DNA of 38,793 nucleotides from Octopus bimaculoides. Taxonomy: Eukaryota. The notes under the pieces are model-generated. The model did not search any database and was not told the origin of the DNA. It saw only the letters and a program-made list of their open reading frames with translations. Below, in pieces: positions 1 to 11,491 of the stretch; positions within the stretch are counted from its first letter, which is position 1; each line of letters begins with the position of its first letter. The position numbers and the translations under genes were made by a program. The stretch spans positions 35,562,175 through 35,600,967 of the forward strand of contig NC_068983.1 in assembly GCF_001194135.2 (NCBI RefSeq), read 5' to 3'.

Positions 1-348
1 CTGGAGGACTATGGTAAATAATAGGGGGCTGAGGACGGAACCTTGGTGGACCCCTACCTCTACCCGGAATTCATTGCTGTACTCATTTCCAACCCTCACC
101 TTACTGGCCGCATCTCTGTACATGGCTCGCACAGCTCTCACTAGCCATTCTTCTATCCCAAGTTTCCTCATTGACCACCAGATAAGGGATCGGGGGACCC
201 TGTCAAAGGCTTTCTCCATGTCAACGAAAGCCAGGTACAGAGGTTTATCCTTGGCTAGGTATTTCTCTTGCAACTGTCTCACTAGAAATAAGGCATCAGT
301 AGTGCTTTTACCTGGCACGAACCCAAACTGCATCTCATCTAAATTGAT
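1..348 (-). mobile_element. RTE-clade LINE reverse transcriptase fragment, running off the window start, in a GART intron
   Basis: Minus-strand translation has no stop: NLDEMQFGFVPGKSTTDALFLVRQLQEKYLAKDKPLYLAFVDMEKAFDRVPRSLIWWSMRKLGIEEWLVRAVRAMY...GVHQGSVLSPLLF, containing non-LTR RT motifs QFGF, DxxKAFD and GVxQGSxLSP. Confidence 0.92.
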
Positions 349-802
349 TATTATTAATTTCTAAAAATATAAAGTAGAATTGATAATGATTTCTATGCTT
401 GGTAGATAAATCAAAGTAAACTATGTAATGTAACCTGCACAAGATCATAAGCAATAGACTAAATCATTCAGCCTATTGACTACTCGGTCAATACAACTTG
501 TTTTTATGGATCATAACTTGATACATATAATGCCTTGTATCTGTAATGTCCAGTGGTTGTAAGCTCTTGGAATGCTGTTTGCGATGTGGTTTCAATTCCC
601 AGCCAGCCAATTTCACTGACTCCTCATACTTTTCTCTCTAAGTGGCACTGTTGTTATCTTTCTCTCTCTCGTTTTCAGATTTCTTGGAATGTGGTACTGA
701 AAAAAACCAAATACCTAGTCTTCAGCAATACAGCACTGCATCATTTTGTTTATATTATTTTCATTATATATGCAACATTTAACATTTTCATATTTTCTGT
801 AG

Positions 803-920
803 GTCATCAACCATAAGGAATTCAAAAGCCGAGAAGAGTTTGATGAATTTGTTCATGAAGAACTTATTCGTGCGAAAATAGAGATTGTGTGCCTCGCTGG
901 TTTCATGAGAATTCTCTCAG
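803..920 (+). CDS. GART: GART formyltransferase domain, internal exon (118 nt, phase 0 to 1)
   Basis: Acceptor ttttctgtAG, donor GTaaga. Encodes VINHKEFKSREEFDEFVHEELIRAKIEIVCLAGFMRILS with the PurN/GART motif LAGFMRIL. Confidence 0.95.
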
Positions 921-1244
921 GTAAGATCTACAGAAAACCTTCAAAGATATTAATGTAGTTTATCTTTGAATGTTTCGTAAACATAGGGGAACTGCTAAGA
1001 AGTAAGAGGCAGGGAGGTACTATCATGAAAGGCTTTTAAATGTGGAAAATGCATGGAAGAGAGAGTATCTACTTGTAGTATATCTAACACAAGTTGGCAA
1101 CCATATGGTTAAGTATTTAAGGATATGAGGGCAGGTCAAGCTACTGGTCTATTGGTGATACTCACTGAGATTATTAAAATGTCTAGTAGAGTAAGGTATT
1201 CTAACCACCTATGTAATCAGTCAGGTAGAACAGGAAGATGTCAG

Positions 1245-1440
1245 TAACTGGAATAGTAATATCATCTTTGACTGCTGTGGAGGCAAAGGTGATGCATTGG
1301 ATAAAGGACATTACAGAGGCATCAAGCCAACGGATCAGTTTATGAAAATAATTGAGTCATCACGCAACTAATTAGGAAAAGAATTAGCCTAGATGAAATG
1401 TAGTTTGACTTTTTGCCAAAAAGTGATACCACAATGTTTT
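1245..1440 (+). mobile_element. Degraded RTE LINE fragment
   Basis: Frameshifted remnant reading WNSNIIFDCCGGKGDALDKGHYRGIK...IRKRISLDEM*FDFLPKS, resembling the RTE GKGDALxxGNYRGIKL...DEMQFGF region. Boundaries approximate. Confidence 0.65.
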
Positions 1441-1645
1441 GACTGTTGTATCATCCAGCATCCTTCAGATACTTCCCATGGGCGATAACATACTCAGAAT
1501 TGTGAATCAGAATATTTTACCAAATTCAAGGGATTGTCCTACAGAACAACAGGATAATGAATGTAAGAAATAACATCAAGGGTTCAGTGTAATAGTTTAC
1601 CTGATGTATAGGAGTTCAGTCTCTGCATTAGTCACACGCACACGT

Positions 1646-1838
1646 GAAGGTGCATGGTCTAGTGATTAGGGTGTTGCACTCACAATTGCAAGATCGCGGT
1701 TTCAATTCCCAGAGTGATGATTGGAAATAAGTGAAGATTGACAGCAAGAAAGGCATCCACCTGTAGAAAATCTGCCTTATAGAATTCCATTTGCCTTATG
1801 CAAACATGGAAAAGTAGATGTTAAAACAATGGTGATGA
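1646..1838 (+). mobile_element. SINE with tRNA-like head and RTE-derived tail
   Basis: A-box-like tggtctagtgattagg and B-box-like ggtttcaattccc, followed by the tail shared with RTE 3' ends (aaggcatcca...catggaaaagtagatgttaaa...gatga). Boundaries approximate. Confidence 0.6.
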
Positions 1839-2055
1839 AGTGGAAGAGGGCTTCTTTCAGTTTCTACCCATCAGAAACCATTCACAAGACTTTAGTCAGC
1901 GCTGGGTTATAATAGATCTTTGTTGCAATGTACTGCACAACAGAACTGAACAACACGCTCCATGTTTTTTAAAGATATATAACCTCATTACTAATCCAAT
2001 ATCCATATTTGTTTTACAGATGAAATCTATATTTAATTATTTTTTTTATTTACAG

Positions 2056-2195
2056 CTCCTTTTGTAAGGAAATGGCAAGGGGCAATGCTAAATGTACATC
2101 CATCTTTACTTCCATCATTTAAAGGAGCGAATGCACACAAACTAGTGCTTGAAGCAGGTGTAAAATTGACTGGATGTTCTGTACACTTTGTTGCA
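2056..2195 (+). CDS. GART: GART formyltransferase domain, internal exon (140 nt, phase 1 to 0)
   Basis: Acceptor ttatttacAG, donor GTaagt. Encodes (A)[46 protein letters not shown] with the catalytic NxHPSLLP motif. Confidence 0.96.
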
Positions 2196-2322
2196 GTAAG
2201 TGTTATCACCATTTATTTCTTATTGTAGTTTGTAATTTCCTCGTCTTCAACACTATATCTCATGAAACTTGTTTTTAAAATAAATTCACTGTACTTATGA
2301 TAAACATGTTGAATATATATAT

Positions 2323-2518
2323 ATATGTGTGTGTGTCTGTGTATGTCCCCCCACCATTGCTTTACAACGTCTGTTTATGTCCCCATAACTTAGTGGTTCA
2401 ACAAAAGAGACTGATAGAATAAGTACTAGGCTTACAAAGAATAAGTCCTGGGGTCGATTGTTCAACTAAAGGTGGTGCTCCAGCATGGCTGCAGTCAAAT
2501 GACTGAAACAAATAAGAG
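2323..2518 (+). mobile_element. SINE 3' half, same family as 9600-11045 and 31153-31558
   Basis: Shares gataga ataagtactaggcttacaaagaataagtcctggggtcgat...gctccagcatgg...aatgactgaaacaa with the 31.2-31.6 kb copy. Confidence 0.75.
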
Positions 2519-2620
2519 AATGTTGAATTGCAGTATCACATGATTGACCAGACCTGATTGACTCTGTGTGTGTGTGTGTGTGTGTAAGAAGACCATATCT
2601 TATACTGCCAAACATTTTAA

Positions 2621-2806
2621 CCCTTCAGCATTCAGATTACTCTGTCAAATGTAATGCTTAATTATTCGTAGTTTTAAACTAATCATGCATTATCTTATAG
2701 CTTCAAGATTTTGATGATATGGTTGTTTTAGCATGACATTGTAGGATAGGTGTGAGAGGCTGGATCTGGCCAGTTTGGCTAGAATACTTGGGCAGATATG
2801 GCAGGG
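2621..2806. mobile_element. piggyBac-type MITE
   Basis: TTAA|CCCT...AGGG|TTAA (TTAA at 2617-2620 and 2807-2810). A related partial copy at 29745-29848 ends aaatgctaaagggctaa, complementary to the left end cccttcagcatt. Confidence 0.7.
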
Positions 2807-2994
2807 TTAAGTATCTGCAGTGATCCCCAATCAATCAGGGGCTTTTCCTTCATGTTTTTAATTGCCTTGTCTGTCAACTAGAATATCTGGTCACTCTGTT
2901 GAGTTCATGTTAAGAAGATTATCTTTCTTTCATGCATTTTCCACCCACTGCTGAAATGTTAATGCTGTCCACCCTGCTGATGAAGACGATTGAC

Positions 2995-3196
2995 CTGCAA
3001 GAGACTTGTGCCAGTGCCACGTAGAAAGTGCTTGTACCAGTGACACATTAAAAGCACCCAGCACACACTGTAAAGTGGTTGGTGTTAAGAAGGGCATTCA
3101 GCCATAGACACCAAGCCAAATCAGAGTGGGATCTCCTGCTTACTAGCTCTTGTCAAACCTGCATGGAAAACGGGCATTAAAGGATGATGGTGATGA
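2995..3196 (+). repeat. RTE-tail-derived interspersed repeat
   Basis: aaaagcacccagcacactgtaaagtggttgg...gcatggaaaacgggcattaaaggatgatg, the same family as many other copies. Boundaries approximate. Confidence 0.7.
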
Positions 3197-3418
3197 ATTA
3201 TCTTTCATAGTAATGCTTCTATGATATCATTGCCATTGTTGATCAAAACAGATAAAAAGTAACTAAGATTTCAGTTATTTGTCTCGTGTGTTTAGAAACA
3301 AAAATTGGTGTAATTGTATTAACGCGTTTGGTCTTGAGACATTGTGTATACTGTCTAAACAACTATATCACTTCTTATTCCAATTTATTTTTCATCACTC
3401 TTTTGTTTTTTATATCAG

Positions 3419-3610
3419 CCTGAAGTAGACTCTGGAGCTATATTGGTTCAGAAATCTGCACCAGTTTATCCTAATGACACAGAACATACTTTATCAGAAA
3501 GAGTCAAGCAACTTGAACACATTGCTTACCCAGAAGCTCTTGAGCTTCTTGCTAGTGGAAAGATTTTATTGCAAGAAAGTGGTAAAATATTATGGCGAGA
3601 TTGGTGTTGA
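3419..3610 (+). CDS. GART: GART terminal coding exon (192 nt including TGA)
   Basis: Acceptor ttttatatcAG. Encodes PEVDSGAILVQKSAPVYPNDTEHTLSERVKQLEHIAYPEALELLASGKILLQESGKILWRDWC*, with the catalytic Asp in EVDSG, in frame with the previous exon. Confidence 0.95.
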   Translation, partial: PEVDSGAILVQKSAPVYPNDTEHTLSERVKQLEHIAYPEALELLASGKILLQESGKILWRDWC

Positions 3611-4294
3611 GCCACTTTCACAATTGTTGGGAAAAGAATTTGCATTACAAACAAATGTTTATAGGAAAAAAAATGAAAGAAAAACACAAACTGATTTGCT
3701 TATGAATTTCATTAAAATACTCAATTTTGTACCCCATTTTTTCTCTCTCTCATATTTCTTAAAAGTTTGTTTTAGAGCTTTAATCTTCTCACACCACAGT
3801 ATGGAATGTATGCATTTATTTTCAGGCAAGTTGATTGTGAAGCAAATGTCTTGCTTGCTCCTTCAATATTTTCTGCTGCATTGGTTTCAACCAGTTTTTA
3901 AAACCACCACACACACGTATTCAGAGACTCAAAGGTTATCTGATTTCCATAACTTTTAATAGATGACATATTCCTTTGCAGAGAATACCAGTCTGTGTTG
4001 TAGTTAAAAATTAAGTTGGAATTCTCAAGGGTCCTATATATATATATATATACATACACACACACACACACTGCAATTTGTCTGAACTAGCTATCTAGAT
4101 GGTAGTGATCAATTGTTTTATTCACTTGCTCATAGAATCATATTCAATAATTTACTGCTTAGCTAACAAAACATTTTTGTTTGTGTACATTACATTACAT
4201 TACTTGCAGAAAACTTTCTAATTGTTAATAACTTGGACCATTAATAATTATATATATTTGTTACCAATATTTACACACACATGGTATTACAGAA

Positions 4295-4528
4295 AAATGA
4301 CCTATGCTGGTGCCACATAAGCACCCGTGGTGATGTCACATGAAGCACCAGTTCTGGTGCCATGTCAAAAGCACCCAGTACACTCTGTAAAGTGGTTGGC
4401 ATTATGAGGCATTCAGCCATAGAAACCATGCCACAACAGACAACTGAAGCCTGGTGTAGCTCTGTGGCATGCCAGCTCGTCAAATTGGCCAACCCATGTC
4501 AGCTTGGAAAACGTACATTAAATGATGA
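4295..4528 (+). repeat. RTE-tail-derived interspersed repeat between the two stop codons
   Basis: aaaagcacccagtacactctgtaaagtggttggc...aacccatg...ggaaaacgtacattaaatgatga. Boundaries approximate. Confidence 0.7.
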
Positions 4529-4864
4529 CACTGATTTATATAGAACACAATATACAAGATTACATGCTATTCTCAAGTAATCAACTTCATCGATCAGACC
4601 AGTCTCTGAAGGACAATAAAGACTATGGCCACTGCTCCTGCTTCTGCTTCTGCTTCTGCTTCTTGACAAAATATATATGTAATATATATATATGATGCTT
4701 TCCACATAGATATACGGACACAAATTTATAGAGATGAGAAAAAGAACACTGTTGCATTGTTACCTTTTTTTCACACAGTTGTTTAAATGGTTTCCAGGAC
4801 ACAGCTGATATAACATTGTAGATTTCACCTGGTCTTCTCCATCAGAATCTCATGACAATGATTT

Positions 4865-4901
4865 AATAAACAGAACAGCTAGAAAAAATAAACTATTTAT
4901 T
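4865..4901. terminator. Cluster of candidate poly(A) signals on both strands
   Basis: AATAAA on + at 4865-4870 and 4887-4892. TTTATT (AATAAA on -) at 4896-4901, about 200 nt past the kinase stop. Usage is not shown. Confidence 0.4.
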
Positions 4902-5104
4902 TGATAGTTTTGTTCCAGAGCAACATTTTCTTTCTGAGTAGTATATATAAGCAGTTTGTTGCTTAATCTTGTTTCTTAACAAGGAATTGATATGTGTATT
5001 TTTCTCGTTGGTCAGATAATGAAAGTGAATGATTAGCATAAAATAGAAATGTATGAATTAGTATAAAAGATTCATTGTTCAGAAATCCTGCTTAAGTGTT
5101 ACTT

Positions 5105-5281
5105 TTAAACAAGGCTACCAAATAAAGGAGTCATTAATTCAAGCAGTTTTTTAAAAGTTGGTCTGTTAGCTGGATTCAGCTCCCAAGTCAACTGGATGAT
5201 TGATTGTAGCCTGCTGGGACACTCATCAGGTATGTTCATTCTGTTACCCTCTTCAATAAAGTCTCTAATGTTGGATGCAGG
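5105..5281 (-). CDS. CSK-like tyrosine kinase, terminal exon (177 nt including TAA)
   Basis: Acceptor tttctttctacAG. Encodes PASNIRDFIEEGNRMNIPDECPSRLQSIIQLTWELNPANRPTFKKLLELMTPLFGSLV* (kinase subdomains X-XI). Confidence 0.93.
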   Translation of the reverse strand, partial: PASNIRDFIEEGNRMNIPDECPSRLQSIIQLTWELNPANRPTFKKLLELMTPLFGSLV

Positions 5282-5902
5282 CTGTAGAAAGAAATTAAAA
5301 TTCAAGCTGTTGTAAATACATCTTTGTATTAGACAAGAAAATTAGTTTACAATGGCTGGGTGCAAGCATGACTGTGAGGTTAAGAAGTTTGTGTTTGGTC
5401 TCATTGCCTGGAATTTGAGGGAATTTGATAGGGGTAAACTAAAAAGCCTTTATGTGTCTGAATGTTTACAAAAATTATACTGAAACAATGGTAGCATCAT
5501 TGTGGTTGGGCTGCACCTGGAGTTATTTGCTAACATTTTCTTTTAGATAACCCACTAGCTTTGCATTTTTGAATCCCTCACTTGAAAAACATGTAAGACT
5601 TGGCCATCTGGAAGAGCATCCAGCTACAAAATTCCTGCATAAGCCATGCTAGCATAAACAACAGATATTAAATGAAAAATAACTGAAACAAGTGCGACTC
5701 ACAATATAGTGCTATTTACTATATTTAGACTACATTCAAAAGACCAACTGCCATAGATTCACGCACCTTCCTCCAATTACTAACACAAGTATAACCAGTC
5801 CAGGAGGAACCAGCTACAAAGATTGTGGGAATTGCCCCTTCTTTTCTAAGTACTTTAAGTGAAAAAAAAAAGAAACACTTCTAATAATGCAAGCCTTGGA
5901 GT

Positions 5903-6705
5903 CATCATCATCATTGTTTAACATCCACTTTCCATGCTAGCATGGTTTGACTGAAAATGGGGGGTGGGGGGTGGGGGGCTGCATCAAGTTCCGCTCTGAT
6001 TTGGCAAGGTTTCTACAACTGGATACTCTTCCTAATGCCAACCATTCTGAGAGTCTAGTGGATGCTTTTTACATGCCATTGACCTGACACTGGCATTGGC
6101 CATGGTCTCACTTGGCTTCACAGGTCTACACGAGCATGGTATATCACCAAAGGTCACCTGTCACTTCTCTGGCTCCATGAGGCCCAACACTTGGTGCTTT
6201 TTATGTGCCAGACACTGGCATTGGCCATTATTATGATTTCACTCTGTTCTACAGGTCTTCACAAGCATAGCTCAATGATTGAAGGGTGCTTTTAACAGGT
6301 CAGTTACAGGAAACTGGCATCGACCATACTATGATCTCATTTGGCTTGATAGGTCTTCTCAAGTACAGCATATCTCCAAAAGATCTTGGTCACTTGTTAT
6401 TGCCTCTATGAGACCCAACATTCAAAGATCGTGCTTCACCACCTTGTCTCATGTCTTCCTGGGTTTAATTCTTTCGCAGGTTCCCTCCACCATTAGAATG
6501 TGATACTTCTTCACACAGCTATCCTCATCCATTCTCACCACATGACCATATCAGTGCAGTCGTCTCTCTTGCACACCACATCTAATGCTTCTTATGTCCA
6601 ACCTTTCTCTCGGGATGCTTACACACTGACATTACACATCCAGCAGAGCATACTAGCTTCATTTCTTACAAGTCTACGCATATCCTCAGTAGTCCTGAAA
6701 ATAGT
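5903..6705 (-). mobile_element. RTE LINE 3' end (C-terminal ORF remnant plus tail)
   Basis: Begins with (CAT)n and gtttaacatcc...tttccatgctagcatgg. Minus-strand remnant RCGVQERRLH*YGHVVRMDEDSCVK resembles the RTE RLRWxGHVxRM motif. Boundaries approximate. Confidence 0.75.
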
Positions 6706-7174
6706 TTATTGCTGGTTCATTTTAACCAATTACTATGAATTATCTATTTCCAACATGGGAAGCTTAAGCAACAAAAAAAAAAAACAGCAAATAGAATTTT
6801 ATCCTGCTTAACAAATAATCTGTCATTGATCTCAACAAGGATTTGCAGTCATACAAACAGGATATATTTGATTAGGTAAAAAGTGTATATTGCAGCAAAA
6901 CTAAAGTTTCTAAAATCAGTATTACTCATCAAAAGGATTTTAAAAATCAATAAAAAGGTAGTGCTCCAGTATGGCCACAGTTAAATGACTGAAACAAATA
7001 AAAGAATAAATACACATAATTCAGCTTATTGATTTTATTTATACTGAATGATAGTCTTAGTTTCTCTTTAAAATATAAATGCATATGTTGTATGTATTTA
7101 AAGGTTAGAAATTTTAACATACAGACTGCTGAAAACCATATTAGACTAAAGATTTTATGAAACCCTTTTTTGAT

Positions 7175-7340
7175 TGCTGATACTACATAAAAAAGCACCC
7201 AGTACACTATAGTGGCTGGCATTAGGAAGGGCATCCAACCATAGCATCCATGTTAAAGTAGACAATGGAGCTTGGCATAGTCCTCGGATTTGTCACACTA
7301 TCCAACCCATGCTGTCATGGAAAACAAATGCTAAATGATA
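7175..7340 (+). repeat. RTE-tail repeat (diverged)
   Basis: aaaaagcacccagtacac...ggcattaggaagggcatcca...aacccatgctgtcatggaaaac...atgataatga. Confidence 0.65.
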
Positions 7341-7379
7341 ATGAAATCCTTGGTTTCAAAAGATCCATTGTGTAATGAT

Positions 7380-7965
7380 TATTATCATCATCATCGTTTA
7401 ACGTCCGTTTTCCATGCTGGCATGGGTTGGATGGTTTCACTGGAGACTGGCAAGCCAGGGAGCCGTACTAGGCCCCAATCTGATTTGGCAATGTTTCTGC
7501 AGCTGGATGCCCCTCCTAATGCCAGCCACTCTGAAAGTGTAGTGGGTGATTTTTATGTGTCACTGGCATGGGAGCCAGTCAGGTGGTACTGGCATTGGCC
7601 ACATTCAGATGGTGCTTTTTACGTGCTACCGGAGCCAGTTGGGGATAGCGGGGGCATCAACCACGTTCAGGTGGTGCTTTTTACGTCCCACCGGTACTGG
7701 CAACAACCCACACATGAATCGTGCTTATTGCATGCTACCAGCACAAGAGCCAGTCAGGCGGCACTGGCATCGGCCACAACTACAATTCCATTTGATTGTT
7801 TTTTTATTTTACTTGACTCAATAGGTCTCCTCAAGTACGGCATGTCGCCCGACAATTCAAGGTACTTTTTAAATGGGCTGGTTATGTGACACTGGTGTAG
7901 GCTACGGCCTCACCTTAGTTGCCAGGTCTTCTTAATCACAGCATATCTCCAGAGGTCTCAGTCTT
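7380..7965 (-). repeat. RTE-tail repeat with internal GC-rich tandem units
   Basis: catcatcatcgtttaacgtccgttttccatgctggcatgggttgg...gctggatgcccctcctaatgcc, followed by gtgctttttacgtg units. Confidence 0.75.
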
Positions 7966-8762
7966 TCGATTATAGGAGAATATTTTCCACCTAAACACTA
8001 TGCGACTTATATCAATGCAACCTTAATCATTAATTCCTACTCAATGCATTTGAGTATTTTACCATTCTTGTATTTACCAACTACCTCCAGATTGTTCAAG
8101 GACAATCCATTTATAAGCAAAGTTTGTCATTTTCATCTTTATTCAAATATGTTTACTTGAATAACCAACAGAATCTAAAGACCTCCATTTCCACAAGTAG
8201 GCTTCAATATTACATTTTACTCATGAAATAAACAATAATAGTTAAAATAATAAAAACTTAGTGAATCTGACTGAGATGATTAAAAAGAACAAATTTAGTG
8301 CAATTCATCAAATGTAATCTGATAGCTAGGTGAAGAAAAACTTAAACTCAGAAAGTAGATTAGAAAATTAGAAGTAGTGCTTCAGGTTGTACTGACACAA
8401 AAGTCACATGGTGTTCATTTCAAAAATATGTGCTTACATGGGAATATAGATATTATGCTGGCAGGAAAGATGCCTACATGAATGTGAACATAAAAATGAA
8501 GAAAAATCCATGAATGAATTGAGAACAGACACTTCTAACAATAAAGACTTAGGAAGAAGTAGTTTCAAAGTATATGAGAGCATTGTTTCATCAATATGGC
8601 ACAAAATAATGCAAAATACAACTCACCTATCCATTTATGCCACCATGACAGATATACACACACAAATGTATTTTGTTCGTTTTTAAATATTAACAAAGAT
8701 GAGGAAACATCCAGAACAAATATCAAGAGATATGGATATTTCTTATAATTATTTTAATTTCA

Positions 8763-8900
<138 letters not shown>

Positions 8901-8999
8901 TTATTTCCATGAAAAAAAAAAAACAGCAGAAAAAAAGGATATCTTAAAATTCATATTCAATACCATAACAATTACAAGTTACTGCTATTTAGCCCCAGA

Positions 9000-9480
9000 A
9001 AACACCGTTTCCAGTTGGCCATGTGACACAATCGTTCTGTGTCCTTATGTTTTCAAACGGGGGCAGATATCAGGTGTAGTGTTGGCGAATTTCAGGAAGC
9101 ATGGAGGTTTTAAAGGATGCAATGTCTCAGCAACTAACAACTGATACAGGTAGTTTGTTCCATGCTTCAGCAACTCTGAGAGCGAAAAAATGTTTCTGAA
9201 AGTCATAGGAGCTGTGCTGTTTTCTGACTTTGTAGGCATGCCTGTGTGTGTTAGACACATGGAGCTCAAAAAGGTGCTCGAGGTGGTTGTTTATGTGATG
9301 GCTAATAATTTTGTGAGGTTTACTAAATCAGTTGCCAGATGTTGGAGCTTCAATGTATCTATGCACGGGGAAGCAAAGCATTTCGAGTATGGTAGATGCC
9401 TGATGGAGCCATGGTAGATACCTGGAATCATGTCAGCTGGGTGGAATGAGTCTTATTGGAACCTAATATTTTGCACAGGC
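9000..9480 (-). mobile_element. CR1/L2-type LINE 3' fragment
   Basis: Minus-strand translation HDFQKHFFALRVAEAWNKLPVSVVSC*DIASFKTSMLPEIRQHYT*, matching the CR1-group C-terminal FFxxRVxxxWNxLP motif. Boundaries approximate. Confidence 0.7.
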
Positions 9481-9599
9481 ATTGCTTTGTCAGTGACAGT
9501 CATACTCATGAACAAGTTGACAGCTGTCATATATATGTGTCTTTATATTTGGCATCCCACCATTGCTTGACAACCAGAAGTTATGTGGAAGTCTGCTTC

Positions 9600-11045
9600 A
9601 TATATATATATTCATGTTTGTATGTGTCTGTGTGTTTCTCCACAATCACTTGACAATCGGTGCTAGTTTCTTTACGTCCCTGTAACTTAACAGTTCAGCA
9701 AAAGAGACCAACAGAATAATTACCAAATTTGATTAGGACTGGGTCAATTTGTTGGACTAAAATTCTTCAAGGTCATGTCCCAGCAAAACTGCAGTTCAAT
9801 GACTATGTAGTGAAACTACCTATCGCCATTAGATACAAAACTACTATCGCCATTACATACAATCTTCTCATTTAAATATAAATAAATGCGAGCGTAGTAG
9901 AGAACCCATTCCTTGTCATCACGTGACTGATTATTATTTGAAGCGGCAAATTCTTCGAACCTTTCCCGCCAGAACGCAAACTGACCAATCACGGCCCCTA
10001 ATAAGGTCACGTGATAGAGTAAAATTCTGAAGCCATTTGGAGCCCTCTTAACGCTATAAATAGATCAACTCATACCCAACAAATTTGTCTCGGTTCAGTT
10101 TCTCTTTGAGANNNNNNNNNNNNNNNNNNNNNNNNNNNNNNNNNNNNNNNNNNNNNNNNNNNNNNNNNNNNNNNNNNNNNNNNNNNNNNNNNNNNNNNNN
10201 NNNNNNNNNNNNNNNNNNNNNNNNNNNNNNNNNNNNNNNNNNNNNNNNNNNNNNNNNNNNNNNNNNNNNNNNNNNNNNNNNNNNNNNNNNNNNNNNNNNN
10301 NNNNNNNNNNNNNNNNNNNNNNNNNNNNNNNNNNNNNNNNNNNNNNNNNNNNNNNNNNNNNNNNNNNNNNNNNNNNNNNNNNNNNNNNNNNNNNNNNNNN
10401 NNNNNNNNNNNNNNNNNNNNNNNNNNNNNNNNNNNNNNNNNNNNNNNNNNNNNNNNNNNNNNNNNNNNNNNNNNNNNNNNNNNNNNNNNNNNNNNNNNNN
10501 NNNNNNNNNNNNNNNNNNNNNNNNNNNNNNNNNNNNNATAACAAGAATCACGGCCTGGCATCGATGCCACGACATCACAACTAGTGATCAGCTCTGCCAC
10601 ACTCAGCCAACTCACTTCACATACAGATTCATATTATTGTGTACCCAAGAACTGGTATAATTGCTCACGTGTTATTGACTCTTTCTCTGCTGTAATAATA
10701 CACATACACATACATGTATCACTCACATACATACTTTTCTTTGTATGACGGCCTGTCTTTGGTTATGTTATTATATGTCACACTCTCACACTCTCACACA
10801 GACATACATTCTAACGCCATAATAAATATCGCTTTTATTCATCTAATACGGTTGTGGTCTTTCATTACTGGTCATCTATGTTATCGTCGTATAACATATT
10901 TATATATCATCATCGATATATATTATTTTGTGTTCAACCGTGTGACACGTTTAAATAAAAGGAGTCCTCTGTTTTTCCATCTGTCACCATTTCTCATTTT
11001 TTTGAGTACACACGGTCGTTCCTTACAACTAAAACAAGACAAGCA
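9600..11045 (+). mobile_element. SINE 3' part split by the solo LTR (pieces at about 9600-9805 and 11028-11045)
   Basis: Removing the LTR and one ACTA gives gcagttcaatgactaaaacaag, matching the family tail gcagtcaaatgactgaaacaa at 2490-2510. Confidence 0.75.
9806..11027 (+). mobile_element. Solo LTR (contains a 426-N gap)
   Basis: TGTA...TACA termini with 4-bp TSD ACTA (9802-9805, 11028-11031). CACGTG at 9920 and 10008, CCAAT at 9985, TATAAATA at 10055, AATAAA at 10954. No coding remnants in the visible part. Confidence 0.8.
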
Positions 11046-11456
11046 ATTAAATGACCAGATGTCTTAAGCTTAAGATCATCATAAACAGCTGATCATAGAC
11101 ACAAGAATAGCTGTGTGGTTAAGAAATTCACTTCATGACAACATGATTTCAAGTTCAATCTCACTATACACCACCAGAGCCAAGAGTCTGCCATTATAGC
11201 CTTGTGAGTGAATTAGGTAGATGAAAACCACAGGAGAACAGTTCATATCGGGTGTACGTGTATGCACATGTAAATATATGTAAATGTTGATATTCTATGC
11301 TTATCACTGGTTGAACAAAATAGTAATGATGTTGACATTCTCAATTGATATTAGAACCAGTCACTCTGCACTTACAAAGACCCGGGGAATGAAAATTCAT
11401 TACTTGAAAAGCAGACTCAAATAGACTCCCTTTCTAATCTAGGCCAGCATGGAAAA

Positions 11457-11491
<35 letters not shown>

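Noticed and set aside
290-1440. Inverted RTE fragments flanking the first GART exon as a dsRNA pair
   Set aside because: They share only about 45 nt of degraded overlap, too little for a convincing duplex.
3474-3959. 161-aa plus-strand ORF
   Set aside because: It is an alternative frame over the GART last exon and 3' UTR. The real frame is PEVDSG...WC*, and this one has no recognisable domain.
4499-4723. SR-rich or YI-rich short ORFs (also 23169-23561 and 25028-25248)
   Set aside because: These are translations of (CTGCTT)n and (TA)n simple repeats.
10054-10660. Four long ORFs in the ORF track
   Set aside because: They are open only because they cross the 426-N gap.
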